The position numbers and the translations under genes are program-made. A DNA stretch of 64,000 nt from the human T2T-CHM13v2.0 reference genome, Homo sapiens: positions 18,208,001-18,272,000 of the forward strand of contig CP068257.2 in the NCBI GenBank assembly GCA_009914755.4, given 5' to 3'. Numbering within the stretch: position 1 is the first letter of the stretch; each line of letters begins with the position of its first letter. Under the pieces are notes generated by a model that worked only from the letters and a program-made list of their open reading frames with translations, was not told the DNA's origin and did no database searches. Below, piece after piece: positions 28,935 to 46,734 of this stretch.

Positions 28935-30520
28935 GGAAGTAAATGATTGATCATAGATGACACAAACAAATGGAAAAGTATTTCATATGCATGGATTAGA
29001 AGAGTCAATAATGTTAAAATGGCCATATTGCCCAAAGCAATTTACAGATTTAATACTATTCCTATCAAACTACCAATGACATTTTTTGCAAAGTTAGAAA
29101 AAAAAACTATTCTAAATTTCTTGTGGAGTCAAAAAATAGCCCTAATAGCCAAAGCAATCCTAAGCCAAAAGAACAAAGCCAGAGACATCACATTACCTGA
29201 TTTGAAACTATACTATCAGGCTATAGTAACAAAAACAGTATGGTACTGGTACAAAAATAGACACATATACGAATGAAACAGAATAGAGAACTCAGAAATA
29301 AAGCTGCACACCTACAGCCATATGATCTTCAATAAACTTGATAAAAATAAGCAATGGGAAAAGGACACCCTATTCAATAAATGATGTTGGGATAACCAGC
29401 TAGTCATGTTTAGAAGAATGAAACTGGACACAAGATGGTTTAAAGATTTCAAAGTAAGACTTTAAATTAGAAGAAACCTAGAAGAAAACCTAGGAAACAG
29501 AATTCTGGACATCAGCCTTGAGAAAGAATGTATTACTAAGTACTCAAAAGCAATTGCAAGAAAAACAAAAATTGAAGAATGGGCCCTAATTAAACTAAAG
29601 AGCTTCTGCACAACAAAAGAAGTTATCAACAATGTAAACAGGCAACCTACAGAATGAGAGAAAATTTTTGCAAGCCATGCATGTGACAAAGGTCTAATAT
29701 CCAGAATCTATAAGGAACTTAAATGAATCAACTAATAACCCTACTAAAAAATTGGCAAAAGGCATGAACACACACGTCTCAAAAGAAGACATACACATGG
29801 CTAACAAACATGAAAAAATGCTATCATCACTAATCAGAGAAATGCAAATCAAAACCACAATGAAATACTATCTCAGCCCAGTCAGAATGGCTGTTACTAA
29901 AAAGCCAAAAAGCAACAGATGCTGGTGAGGCTGAAGAGAAAAGGGAAGGCTCATACAATGTTCGTGGGAATGTAAATGAGTTCAGACACTTTGGAAAGAA
30001 GTTTGGACATTTCTCAAAGAACTGAAAACAGCTATCATCAAACCAGCAATCCCATTACTTGGTATATATCCAAAAGAAAACAAGTTATCCTATCAGAAAA
30101 AACACGTGCCGTTTTATGGTCATTGCAGCACTCTTCACAATAGCAAAGACATGGAAACAACCTACGTGCCCATCAATTGCGGATTGGATAAGGAAAATGT
30201 GGTACCTATACACCATGGAATACTATGCAGCCATAAAAAAAAGAACAAATTCATGTTTCTTGCAGCAACATGGATGCAGCTGCAGGACATATTCTAAGTG
30301 AATTAATGCAGGTACAGAAAACCATGTACCACATGTTCTCACTTATACGTGGGAGCTGAAGACTGGGTGCTCATGCACATAAAGATGGCAATAATAGACA
30401 CTGGAGACTACTGGGAAGGAAAGAGGGAAGGGAGCAAGGGTTGAAAAACTATTAGACATTATGCTCACTACCTGAATGCTAGGAACTGTGAAGACCAGAA
30501 GAAATATTGATAAGTTATCC
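28935..30520 (+). mobile_element. 5'-truncated older L1 (L1P/L1M-type) covering the ORF2 C-terminal half and 3' UTR
   Basis: Track ORF 28947-29276 translates to ...[40 protein letters not shown]...[25 protein letters not shown], the conserved L1 ORF2 segment. Downstream, ctaattaaactaaagagcttctgcacaacaaaagaa...aaaaaattggcaaaaggcatgaacacacac... matches the L1 ORF2 3' region. Confidence 0.85.
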
Positions 30521-31599
30521 TGGACCCTGATACCATCTCAGAAGAAAATATATTTCTGGATAATTGACAACCCTTGAGACTCAGGAAAGGAAAGCTTATG
30601 GATATATTTATGTAAAAGAAAAACTAAATTTAGGAAATTTTAGTGACGTAATTAGTCCTAGTATTAATGAGAGAGTAGTTTCCTGCAAATGAATTCACTT
30701 TCAATGATGTAATACGATTCGGAATTGTTCAGAGAATGAACAAAAGGTTCTAAATTCACTTTTAGATAAACATATTACCTCCAGCCAAAAGGACACTTAC
30801 AGTTTTATTTCTTGTTATTTATGCAAAACTAGGTATGATATATGTGCTCTTTCAAACTGTATATCTTTGATCTGATATTATACCCTTTTGTCTTGCATGT
30901 GTCAGAGACAGATATACCACAAGGTTTGATTTGCTTTAAAAATGCTATTTGTTTTACTTAGTTTTACTTTACACCAATTTGGAGTATTAATAAGTTTGTT
31001 TTAGTTCAAATGATCCTGCATTAAGTGTTGATAAGGCAAAGGAAAACATTGATCTATCAACAGGACCAGTAAAATCTGAAAGAAAGTCTAGCTTCGCAAA
31101 TATAAAAACATATATAGAAAGAAATAAATGTAAGGAGATTGTTGAATTAGTGCATCCAGCATAATCAGTTTTAACTATTCTGTGAAGTGCTCAAAATCGA
31201 AGTGACAAGGAATAAAATTATGGCCTTTGTTATCATTAGGCCATTTAAAGTCTCAGGAAATTACAAGGTGACAGTTTAGCAGAAAGTGACAGAGCATGGA
31301 CTTTGAAAGCAAGTAAGACCAGATATGGACATTGCAATTCATGTCTGGAAATACCTTTGATAAGTAGCTTGGCTTTTATAATCATCAATTTAATTTATTT
31401 AACCTCTATAGCAAAGGCGATAATATTATACATCATTTAAAGATTTTTGTAAAAATTAAATGAAACAACAATGTAAAGTGTGTAGGCTGTCACACAGCTT
31501 TTAGTATATATTAGCTATTCTATTATTTGCACAGGTTTCTATTATTTGTATTTTAATTTTGTATGACAGGTCATACTACCAACATCAAAAAGATGTTAA

Positions 31600-31968
<369 letters not shown>

Positions 31969-34900
31969 TAACAAAATAAAGAACAATCATTGCATTATTT
32001 TTTTAAAAACAATTTGAGTTCTGAAATTTTTAATGCCAGTTTTAGGATATCTCTTTACTGCAATAGCATCATCCAGTTCTCTGTACTGCAGAGAGTATGT
32101 ATTGCAACTTTCTATGCAAATTGCATTCACATTTACATGTTGAATGCACAGATTTGATCATGCAACTTCACTCCTCAAAAAAGGAAAAAAGGAACCCTAG
32201 TTTCTTAATGTATAAAACTTGAAGTTTAATACCTTTAGAATCAAATTTAATTATCTTCCCAACTTGGCCCCAATCTAACTTGCCTTCGATTTTCTTATGT
32301 CACTCCCGCCCCCATTCCTGTAACATATGGATAGTCAAATTTTAGTGGGACGATTTGGAAAGATTTAATTGCTTTAATATAAAGATTTCAGGCAAAATAC
32401 TCAAAAGTACAGCCCAACAATACATATCTCTGTAATATGTGTATCATATTTTGAAAGCTACAGAAATAGCAATTTAATGTTACAAAAAGATGTTTTTATC
32501 CTTTTACTTCATAGCTGTTATCTTTTAAAATTGTAAAAAATCAATACCCTAAGTCATAATGACATGGTTCTTACTACAACTTGTGATTCTTTTAAATTTA
32601 TAAATTAAGACTAAATTGTGACTTAAACATAATGGATTTAATGTTTGTAAAATAAACAAATTTTTAAAAATATACATTAATATTTAAATCTATTAAAGTT
32701 AATACTAAACATTAACTTTATTATCTAAAATAAAATCAATTCTATTATATTTATCTTTTAAAGTGGTTAATTCGTGAATTTTGTTCACTAAAGAGAACAA
32801 ATTAATGGCATCCTCTACTTTAAAATGGCAATCTTAGTTTGATATTTATGTAACAACCTCTCACTGCAGTAGCTCCGATAAATTATTAAAATCACTAGTG
32901 ACTTGAATACTATCTATCTATTTAAGTTATTAGAGGCCTGGACACAATGCACACTCCTGAAATTCTGAAAAATATTAACATATGTGACACAATTATATTT
33001 ATTCATATAAAAGCTCCTATAAGTAAGACAGCATTATAAAAAGAAATATCCAAATTTTGGTTAAATTAATGTTAAAATAAAACAAAAACAATGAAAATTA
33101 ACTTGCTGGAAAAAAAAGAAAACTAAAATTAAATATCAGAATTTAAATAAAACTCCAGCTTTTATGCAGAAATAGGCTGAAATGAGCAATGTGTAAAAGA
33201 GCAAGCGATGGGAGCAAATAGGGATTTGGTGGTAACCTCCAGGATTTGCATGAACAGATGGGTTTCATACTATGGGAACATGTTGTGGACCCTTCAGGGC
33301 ACCCCTAGAGTAGACTGTGTGCTGAACAGAATGGGAGTACTCTAGAGAAGGTTCCTAGAGATGACAATTATGCAAGGTAGAGATAAGAACCTCTTCTTGT
33401 GAATAATTTTTGCTAGCACAATACGTTAGGAAGGAAACTTGTGAGTGCAGAAGTGAGATATATCACAGCTATGCCTTTGAGATTTATAAATATTAATTAT
33501 GTACATATGTATACTTCTACTAAGTCTATAGAATAATGCCTATGTCAAGTAATTTTAACATAATATATTTACTTTAATAATAAATGCACATCCTTTGCAT
33601 TGATTAAAGATCTCTAACTCATCTGTATCAAAAGTAAGATTCTAATATTTAAATTAGGCCTCATTCTAATAACTTAAAATTTCATTTGCATATGCATATA
33701 TACAAGTATATAAATATATTCCTAAGTGCATACTAAATATCTAATTGTTTCAATCACACATAGCTTTTCTCTTTTTCCAATATCAAAATGTTGATATGTG
33801 TTTGCTTTGTAAAAGAAAATACCCAGAGGTATATAGTATTGTAAAAATCAGTGAAAAAATATTTAGAGATAAGCTTTATGAATAATCTATTTTATAGAAG
33901 TTATTTCTTCCAGAAGTAAGATATTTTTAATCACAGAAAACCTCCGAGTTAAGTATGTAAGCACTAGAATGAGTTATGAATAAATAAAGCGGCACTATCT
34001 ATAAACATATTTCATTCTTAAGGAGGAAATTTCTGAAATATCAAAAACACATTGTTTGTATCCTTATGAAATAGGCTTAGAAGTAAAAGATAGCCTAACA
34101 ATAATTTTTAAATTATTTTTAAAGCTATGAATGCATTTTTCTTCCTTACATTGTATTTTCATAGTTTAGTATTTGCCTGAAGTACTTCAACAAAGATTGA
34201 GATTGGCAGGGTAAAGGAAAAGAGTGCTCCCTATGATATCCCATCAAAGGTAGAAGAAAGAGAGTGGTTAGGTTAAAAAAAATTTTTTTTCATGGTAGAT
34301 ACCAACACAATCATCCTGTTATTATTATCTGTTGAATTGATGACAATTTTCAAGTGGCACTTAACACAGACACAAAAGTCATCTATAGCCTTCTCTGGTG
34401 TTTACAGGTACTATGCAGTCACCAGGGACTTCATAACTGTGCTTGAGGCTATTATTCCTTTCATTAGGCTTTCCTTTTTTTATTATGTTTGGGCTTTGAG
34501 TTTTCACCGAAGGTCAAAGTATAACTTTCATGCCTGAAAGCCTGTTTTTTTGAGTACAAAGAAAGTGTCAGCTAAAATAAAACATCTTCCACTAACAAAC
34601 CCATTTCTACCTTCAAGTTTAGCAGGACTTTTACAATGAAACTAGAGATAGATAAATTCCCTAGCTGGGAGAAGAAATATGCAGGACTGAGTTAGTTGTT
34701 ACTCTATTTACAATAATATAATAATAGAATAATTGGTGAAAATATTTTAAGCACACTGTCATTCATATAAGTCCCAATGTGAAGAATTTTTCACTCTGTT
34801 CTCACCATAATTTTGGTTATTTCCCTTTTAAAAATAGTAAATTTTATTGCAACATACTGTTCATTCCCCAATTGGGTCAAGCCTGGCAATTTCCAAGCAG

Positions 34901-36688
34901 GGCTGGTGCAGTTTAGTCAATGTAGCAAGAGCACCATCTTTACTCTTCAAATTGAGGAAACAGTACAAAACTAAGTCCACAAGAAGCAAAGGAGAGAAAA
35001 AAGTTAAAATGACCAACACAATTCCTGTGAATTTCCATATGTCCTTAACTTTTAAACTTCCCACAGTCCTGACAGGTGGGTGGTTTCCCCTACTCTTTCT
35101 CTTTTATGTTATGCTGCCTCCAAATTTAAATATGCTTTCAGCTAGGACCAAGATGGGCCTTGACACATGGAGTGTAAAAAAAACCTCAATGTCCATACTT
35201 CCAAGGGTGTTAGGTCCTAGTTCTAAATGAGACTGGTCATTAAAGTTGTTTGTAAATGAGAAAATGTGGAAACAAAGTATAGCCTCATAAAATGGGCCAG
35301 AAACACTTTTAAATTGAGTCAGATCACCAAAGCTCACCAAAGCTAAGGTTTAGGGATAGGTTGCTATCCTCGTGGAGAATTACCATGTGAAATTCTCATG
35401 GTGAAATTACCTTGTGAAATAGGAAGGACTAGGGCAGAGACGCCATTGAGCCAAGTGAAGACCATCAGTTTGAGTTAGATAGAAAAGTTCAACCCTGATC
35501 ATCACAGAAACTTCTCAGGTGGCTAAATGTCTCTCAAAGACATATGGGCAATAGTGTGGGGGATGGTAACAACAACAAAAACAACTGCAACAACAGTAGG
35601 AACAACCATAAACAGTTCACATTACTCAAACTTCTGGAGATACAGAGAAAACACAAAATTGAAATAAAAAAGACCTAAACTGAAGTCTTGCTCCATCTAT
35701 TACTAGCAAGGCAGTATGGATCAAAAGTTTCTAAGTTATAATAATTACACATTATTGTGGCCCATGAGCTAAAATGTGCTGACCTGTGTTCTATTAATTT
35801 ATAGTAAACAAATGAAAAACTCTTATTAGGAGAAGTTGTAAAGGCAAAATGGAATCTTTCTCAAATAGTTCCAATGCCCCTGTATCTTACTGCCTTCTTC
35901 ACATTTCTATTTGTATATACAATAGACATATCAATCATAATATTCCCAAATTAGAGCTCCAGAGCTCCCCACCTTCCAACCCACTTCTTTGATAGTCTTT
36001 GTCAACTCAATTTCTGGTAACTCCACATTTCTAGTTACTTAGGCAAGAATTGAGAAGTCTACTATGCCTTCAAAAAGTATGTCTTTAAAATTATTTAAGG
36101 TAATGGCACATAGCTTTCACTTGAAAATGAAAAATTGCAAGGCGTCCTAAGAACTAGGATAAGAATTGGCTGTCAGATCTGCCTCATTTTAATGGCCCAA
36201 GCAAATCACAAGCTGCACACTAAGAAATGATGAAGAGAAAATATACCTTCCTCTTTTCATAGGAGGGTCTACATAGTCTCATGACAAAAGGAGTGGATAC
36301 AGGAAAAGTTGAATAGGTAAGGATGAAAATGAAATCTACCAAAGGATAATTTAACCTCCCCCTCATGCTTATATTTATTCATGAAACAAAAAATACTGTC
36401 TACTCTGTGCTAGATTTGTGTATAGGTAGTGGCAAAATATTTTTTGTTCCTTTTTAATGATATTTTTAAGTGGAAGAGTTAAATAATTGAACAATTTAAA
36501 AATCATGTAAGAAATATATAGTTTGTGATAAGTACTATGAGTAGATAAGCAGCATGCTCTGATTTTTTTTAGAAAATTTTATTTTGCTTAGCCAGGTGGG
36601 TGATTAAGTTGAGATATGAAAGATGAAGGGAGAATACATAAGAAAAACTCAAGCAAAAGTCATTTAAAGAAGATCAGTGCAAGTAGGG

Positions 36689-36745
36689 GTGTGTGTGTGT
36701 GTGTGTGTCTGTGTGTCTGTGTCTGTGTGTCTTGTGTATGTGTGA
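36689..36745. repeat. (GT)n/(GTCT)n microsatellite
   Basis: gtgtgtgtgtgtgtgtgtctgtgtgtctgtgtctgtgtgtcttgtgtatgtgtg. Confidence 0.95.
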
Positions 36746-36839
36746 GATGGGAAAAACATGAACCGTGGCACCAGAAGTACTAAATTTAAATCCTGCTCTT
36801 TGTTTAAGTTCCTGGTGCTGCAATTACAAGTACTTCATA

Positions 36840-38180
<1,341 letters not shown>

Positions 38181-39011
38181 TAATAATACTGAGTGTGGAA
38201 TCCTACTTGGATATTGAAGGACAATACTGAAGGATCACTTTTGAATGATCATAGACATAAACATTCAGAATACTACTCTATACATTATAAAAATTATTTA
38301 GGTCAACTGCTTGAGATCAATGTGATCATCATCTCTGTTTTATAATTCAGAAAATAAAGATTTGTAAAAGCTAACCATTTGACTACAAAAACAAGACTAA
38401 GACAGCTGAAACTGGAATTTGTTCCTGGGCTGTATGCTTAGCTACTGTAGTCTGTATCATTGTATATTACTTTAGAACATTTAAAAACCAGTTTGTATTT
38501 GCGTTATATCACGCAAATAAAAGACAAATTTAAAAAGAGACACATTATTTTTCTACCTTTTTTTCCCTCACATTTGAAATATCTTCCGTGGACAACCTCC
38601 ACTTTCATATCTCTAGTCAGAGAACTATGTGGTGCTATGAAATTTACATAGCAGTTCAGGGTACCACACCCTTTTATTTTACTCTAAATTTAATCTAAAA
38701 AAGTTTCTCCAAGAATTCCACCCTCAGTTTTTTTTTTTTGCTCTAATTGTTTTTCCCTAGCAATTCCATCTATTCTAACAATTAAATTAATTAAAGGCTA
38801 TTCTGATCCCTTCTACAACTGTACTTCTAGTATCAGTTTATTCACTGCGTTGAGAAGAAATGCATAATTCTAACAACCTGCCAGATAGTTCCGTCTTGAA
38901 GGTCTAAAGTCATTTCAACAAGACCAACAGAGTGATAATTACTCTTTTCGCTACCAAAACTTGTTCTTAATTCCCAACTTTGTATCCAGTTAAAAATATT
39001 AGTGCTGATCT

Positions 39012-39323
<312 letters not shown>

Positions 39324-39559
39324 TTAGTGCTGATCGAATCCAATTTCAGAGTTATCATCAACTTACAATTTTTCTTTCAATATATATTGCCATTTTTGGA
39401 CTAATAATTTCTTATTGATGCCAACAGAAATATTGATTTCGTATTTATTGTATTGAAAATTTATTAAAATTGCCATATTTATAAGGCTTTTCTTTATTTT
39501 TCCCCCTCTCCCATTTTTTCCACCAATGGCCCCTCACCACCTGAAACACAGATGTGGTT

Positions 39560-39930
39560 TTATTTCTATGTTTAATGATTGTGTTAGACTAAATAAGTCC
39601 CTACAAAATTCAAATGTTGAAATGCGAACCCTCAATGTGATGGTCTTAGGAGAAGGGGTCTTTAGGAGATGATTAGATAATGAAAATGGAGACTTCATGA
39701 ACACCATTATTGCCCATAAAAAGGGACCCCAGAGTTCTCTAGACCTCTTTCTTCTATGTGAGGATACAACAATTATATAGCTACATATGAACCAAAAAGT
39801 GAGCCCTCACCAGAATCAAGCCATGCTGACATCTAAAATATCCAGCTTTCAGAACTGTGAAAAATAAATTTATGTTATTTGTAAGCCACCCCATCTATGG
39901 TATTTTGTTATAGCGATAGGACTAATATGA
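39560..39930 (+). mobile_element. MaLR LTR (MLT1-like)
   Basis: ...gaagggacc...ctatgtgaggatacaacaa...gagccctcaccagaatcaagccatgctgacatctaaaatatccagctttcagaactgtgaaaaataaatttatgttatttgtaagccaccccatctatggtattttgttatagcgataggactaat matches the MLT1 LTR 3' half motif set. Confidence 0.65.
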
Positions 39931-42605
39931 TGTTTTTCAATGATATCTACTTTTTAATGTTCACTGATTAACAAACAAATAGGAAAAGAAAACAAGCTTA
40001 ACATATGATATATGATTCTCTACATTTTGCTCCCAAACTTTTCTGAAGTTTCACACAATGTTTCTTCTAGTATGGTAAGATTAAAACCATTTGCTATTAA
40101 TGGTTCCAGTGAATTTCCTTAGACTCATCAAATTCCTTTAAAGTAATCACTTATACATCATGATGTTATAAAATCAACTTTTCAAACAGTGAGTGTGTAT
40201 TTGTATACTTAATTTTATTTACTGGCCATCACAATTCTTATATTTATAATATATCTTTTATAAATATTTTTTCCTAATAATCATGTTTAAATCCTTCAGT
40301 ACAGTCCACAAAACACCTACCTGTTTACATTTCAAGGCATGTTTTGTTATTTGTTTGTTTTTGATTTGTATGAATATTTTCTCAATTTTAAATTTATTTA
40401 AATTTAGTGTTATGGCACTAACTAAATAATATTTTATTGAAACTCTGAATGGATATAGTAATATTGACACATGTAGAATGATATACTTTAGTTATCACTG
40501 TGCAGATATAAATATTCCTGTGTGTGTGTATTAGTCTGTCAGAGTGAACCACTTTGTTTTATGTACAAGACAGTAGTCTAATGGCAAATGTTTATTCTGG
40601 TACAAGTCCTTTGCTGGACAATTTTACTTCAGCTTTAATATATCAGTATGACTATTCATAATATGTAGTAATTTTACAAATGTGCTTGAGTAGGCAGCAA
40701 TAATTGCTGCAATATGTTGAGAATTAAATTAACTGAAGATAACAAAAGTAGCAGGAAGTAATTAAAAAACTGGAACAAGAATGAATGGAGATGTTTTCAA
40801 AGTACCTTATGAAATGTTTAGTAGCCAGTTCATTTCTGAGAGAAACACATATTATAATTAAGAAATTATTCTGTTCCAGATGTATTGAAAATTTTTGCCT
40901 TTACTAATTATTTTGGTGTTAACAAACATATAAAAATAATTAGTTGGAACAAATATATCTCTGGTATGCCTGCGAAATTCGGGTTCTAGGGAGGAATAAT
41001 TAATAATTAACAAATTCAATAAATATTTTTATTTTGTATCTACTACATGTAAATAAATAGACTAAATTATTTGAGGAATTAAAGACTGGCAATACTTGGC
41101 CTAAGGAATAATGCTATTTACTAGGGAAGATAAAAGGCACTTAAGCTTGATGAAAATGACAAAGTAGGATGTTGAATGATACCAAGATATCAAGAGAAGA
41201 TTAAAGAAGGGTATTTCACGGAAAGAATATAGGAACATGGCATTGTGATTTAAAAAAAAAAGCAATGTGTTCACAGATACCACATTCTTTTTCTTCCTTG
41301 GTACCCAACACAAGTAAAGTATACTCCAGCCTCGTGGCAGTTGGATATGTCCATATCCAACTTTAGCCTGGGGACATTTAGTTTTAGCCTGGGGACATTT
41401 CCAGCCCCTTGCATAAAACTTCCCTTCTACTCCTCTCCATGGCCTTTCTGGAATCGAAAGACTCTGAAGCCACAGAAAATAGTGGAACTCCATTATGGAA
41501 GGATCTTGATTGCATGATGCCTCTGTTTAGTAAACATGGTGTGATAAATACCCAGTATAGTTATATGAGTCAGAAATAAACTGTGTTAAAACACTAATAT
41601 TGGAAAGGTAATTTGTTACAATATCAGCTGATTTCTAACAAAGGAAATGTATTCAATTTCACACAAATTCATACAGATCATCGGTAAGATGAAGGAGTAT
41701 AGTGAGAAGTAAAAATGGAAAAATGGGAAAGCAGACTGAAAGCTGATATAAAGAGAACCATATTCAGGAAAAAAGAATTTTAAAATTTATTTTCCAGACA
41801 ATAAGATAATGTCAGACAAGTTACGATGAAATAGGATGAATAGAACTTGTGTAACCAAGAATACTCTGGCAGCAAAATAAAGGATGGAGGATAAAGAGAA
41901 GATAACAGGAACAAGAAATCAGCAAGTAGTCCATGTTTAGAAGAACTAAATTACTTTAATTCCACAAAATAGAAGTGTAGGTTTAAAATAGGGTTAGGGA
42001 TAAAGTTAACAGGCTTTTTAAAAGGTATTTGATAAGTCAGGCAAAGCATGAGCACCCAAGAGTTGGTCAATGATTCCAGGAGGAGCTTAGAAAAAGACAA
42101 TGAGAAAGCTTAACAGAATAAACCCCCAGCAGGGTTGAAACTGGTTTTGCTCAGGGATGGCCTGACAAAGATATTGACCTTTGATTCTCCCAGGCTCACA
42201 GTAAATTTTCAGTACTGTGTCAGGATTATGTTATTTATGCCAGTTACTTATGTGTGATGAGTAGGTAACATGGCCAGAATCTCAAGTGTGCAGTGACTGA
42301 CAGACTGGCCAAAGTGAGATCATCATGCATGGTGCAAGCCTCATAGTAAAAAATTGCATTTTCTTGTGGGAGACTGGAATCTGGATAGTTCCAAGAAATT
42401 GAATTCTTATTATCTTGAGTCTAGTGTGAGTGAAAATCTTTGAATATCAGTATCATTTGTCATTAAAAATATGTAACTGTGCCTTTTATAAATCTTTTGA
42501 TCACATCTTGGGAAATCTACATAGCAAAAAGAATAAACAACAAATCAGTAGAAAGATGATGTTTTTAGAGAATAATGGAGAGTTTACATTGTCTTCTTAT
42601 TTATT

Positions 42606-42710
42606 TATTATTTTCTTTTAACTTTTAAGTTCAGGGGTACATGTGCAGGTTTGTCATATAGGTAAGCTTGAGTCATAGGGGTTTGTTGTACAGATTATTT
42701 CATCACACAG
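42606..42710 (-). mobile_element. L1 3'-end fragment (older L1P-type)
   Basis: aacttttaagttcaggggtacatgtgcaggtttgtcatataggtaagcttgagtcataggggtttgttgtacagattatttcatcacaca is the reverse complement of the L1 3' terminus ...aataatctgtacaacaaacccc.atgac.caagcttacctatatgacaaacctgcacatgtacccctgaacttaaaagtt. Confidence 0.8.
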
Positions 42711-43110
42711 TGATATGGTTTGGTTCTGTGTCCCCACCCAAATTTCATCTTGAATTGTAATTCCCATGTGTCAAGGGAGGGACCTGTAATCCCCATATCT
42801 TGAGGGAGAGAGGTGATTGGATCATAGGAGTGTTTTCCCCATGCTGTTCTTGTGATAATGATGCTTTTATAAGTTCTCATGAGAAATGATGGTTTTATAA
42901 GCATCTGTCATTTCCCCTGCTTACACTTCTCTCTCCTGCCACCATGTGAAGAAGTTCCTTGCTTGCTTTTCACCTTCCACCATGATTATAAGTTTCCTGA
43001 GGCCTCCCCAGCCATGTGGAATTGTGAGTCAATTAAACATCTTTCTTTTATAAATTATCCAGTCTTGGGTATTTCTTTATATTAAGTCAGTGTGAAAACA
43101 GACTGTTACA
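42711..43110 (+). mobile_element. THE1/MST-type MaLR LTR
   Basis: tgatatggtttggttctgtgtccccacccaaatttcatcttgaattgtaattcccatgtgtcaagggagggacc...ctcctgccaccatgtgaagaagttccttgcttgcttttcaccttccaccatgattataagtttcctgaggcctccccagccatgtggaattgtgagtcaattaaacatctttcttttataaattatccagtcttgggtatttctttat...gactgttaca has the canonical THE1/MST LTR 5' TG...CA 3' structure. Confidence 0.85.
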
Positions 43111-43193
43111 CTCAGGTATTAAGCCTAGTACCCATTGGTTATTTTTCCTGATCCTCTCCCTCCTCCCATCCTTTGCCCTCCACCCTCCAATAG

Positions 43194-43517
<324 letters not shown>

Positions 43518-43915
43518 TAAAAATATATAACTTTTTTTTATTCTGTGAAGTTTCCTCTGAAACAAGAAGTTTCTTGTCCCTCTTTATATATACACCTGCA
43601 ATATTTATCTTCTCATTTCTAGCAGGTCCTTTCTCCACATATGAATCTATATTTGCCTTTAATTTCACTCTGCCTATGGACACTTTAGTCTAGGCATATG
43701 AATTATGCAAGAGTATCACTTTTCAAAATACATAAAAACAAGCTATCCTCCCCTTGGTCTGGCATCTTTTCTACCTCCCTGCTAATCCTCTCATGCGCAC
43801 TTCTAGAAAGACTGCTTTATGCTTGCCTCCTTTACCTCCGCAGATACAGTAATAACTTTTCAATGCATTGTTCTTGGCCTTTTTATTCTCTGTAAACTGT
43901 TCTTGCAAATATATC

Positions 43916-44604
<689 letters not shown>

Positions 44605-45465
44605 ATATCCAACATCATACAAATTTAAAAAACGGAAATTTTCCTGTCATACAATTGTACTTTGCTGATAATATTTAACACTATTAGTTGTTTTTTAAAC
44701 TTTGTTTAAATCTCTACCTTTTTTTCCAGGTTTCCTACCCTTTCCCCTTCACTTACCGTGTGTGTTTTTAAATTGAAGTTAAAAGTAGAAAAGATAAATT
44801 GTGCCTTTTAATTGAAATATTTTGTTTGTTGACATATATTGTTTTCTTTCTTATATTTGAGTTTATGTAGACCGTTTTTCTTTACTGTTTGTCTCAACTC
44901 TTTTGTTTTTTCTTTACTATATTACCTCCTTTGGGATTAACCAAGTTTTTTTAATTCCAATTTTTCCATTTTTCCTATGTTACTATCAATATACATTTTT
45001 TAACTACTGTATTATCCCAGCAACATGAATCTTTGACATATTATACCCATGTATAAATAAGAAAATTTACAACTTGTCAGATAATATTATGACCTTAAAA
45101 CAGTTTACTCCTCTCACCATTTATGTGATTTTAAAAATTAATTTTATTTCTCTATGTATTTAACACTTACGGGTGATCAGCTGGTTCTTTTCTTCTTAAA
45201 TATTAATTTACTTGTATTGTTACCATCTCTATTGTTCTTTATTTCTGTCTACATACTTATGCTTCCCTCCAGGATCATGTTCCTTCTGCCTAAAGTGGCA
45301 CATTAATATTTTTTAAAAACAGGTCTACTAGGACATTTTTCAGCCTTGTATTATACCATGCTATAAATTTTATAATGAGGGAGGGCCCTTTCCTCTTTTA
45401 GGGAGTGGCCAACATTTAACGTATTTCAGGAAAACATTAAAAATTAAACAGGACAAGTACTTGTT

Positions 45466-45603
45466 TTTTTTATTTTTTATTATACTTTAAGTTCTAGGGT
45501 ACATGTGCACAACGTGCAGGTTTGTTACATATGTATACATGCGCCATGTTGGTGTGCTGCACCCATTAACTTGTCATTTACATTAGGTATGTCTCCTAAT
45601 GCT
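45466..45603 (-). mobile_element. very short (138 bp) 5'-truncated young L1 (L1PA2-4/L1HS-like) 3'-end insertion with 15-bp TSD
   Basis: tttttttattttttattatactttaagttctagggtacatgtgcacaacgtgcaggtttgttacatatgtatacatgcgccatgttggtgtgctgcacccattaacttgtcatttacattaggtatgtctcctaatgct is nearly identical to the reverse complement of the young L1 3' terminus. TSD ggacaagtacttgtt (45451-45465) / ggacatgtacttgtt (45604-45618). Confidence 0.9.
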
Positions 45604-46734
45604 GGACATGTACTTGTTGATGGCTTACTTTTATTTCCTTAATTTTCTTTGCTTTTATGAAACAACCAACAACTTTCCTCTCATCCTACTCATAACAACT
45701 CTCCATTTACTAGTATCCACTCACAGAGATCAAAATTTGACATATCGACATTATATTTTTGACCTTGGTATTACTTAGGAAATGTTTTGGTCCACTTTGG
45801 ATTGCTACCAAATAGAGTGGTGACTAAGTTTTAGCACATTTTGGATCTTGACAGTGGCCCAGTGTAGAGGTGGTGACCTACTTCCCAGCAGGGCAGACTT
45901 GAAGTCCAGATGAATGACTGTGGTAGATGATGGCTATGTGGAGTATAAGAAGCAAACATTCTTAGTATGCTTTTCTTGGAGAGAAAATTGTGCAGAGAAA
46001 ATACATTTTCCTGATCCTTTCAGAAAAATTCTACCTCTGAAGGGAGTGGAGGTTGGAGAGTGAAGAGGTTGAAGTCTTCCCAAGTTCAGTGTTGTTTTTT
46101 TCTATGGGTAACTGTCTTTCTCTTACAGTAAAATATATACATAAGTTAGATAACACCTATCAGTAATACCTTAGATTATTTCTACAATGTAGGCTGCAAA
46201 ACATTAAAGGGTCAAGCAGTTTTCACATTTTAAGCAATTTACTTTTAATTAACAAAAAATGGTTTTACTTATTTACGGTGTGGCATGTGATGCTTCAATA
46301 AATTGATGCACTGTGGAATGACCATATCAAGCTAACAAATTTAACATATTTATTATCTCACATATTTACCATTGTTTTTTGCAGTGAGAAAACTTTTAAA
46401 ATCTCCTCTCAGCAACTTTGAAATATATAATACATAAATATCAACTCTAGTCCATTCACTGCGCAATAGATCACCAGAAGTTATTCCTCTCATTTAACTG
46501 AAATTTGTGTCTTTTGAACAAAATTTTCCCTTTTCCCATCCATGTCCTCCTCATCCCTCAGGCTCTGGTAACCACAAATCTACTCTCTGCATTTATGAAT
46601 TCAAATTTTTAATTCTGCATATAAGTGAGATCATGTGATAATTGTTTTTCTGTGTTTGGCTTATTTTACTTAGCATAATATCCTCCAGATTTGCTTATTT
46701 TGTTGCAAACCTTAAAAGCTTAATAGAATTCCAT

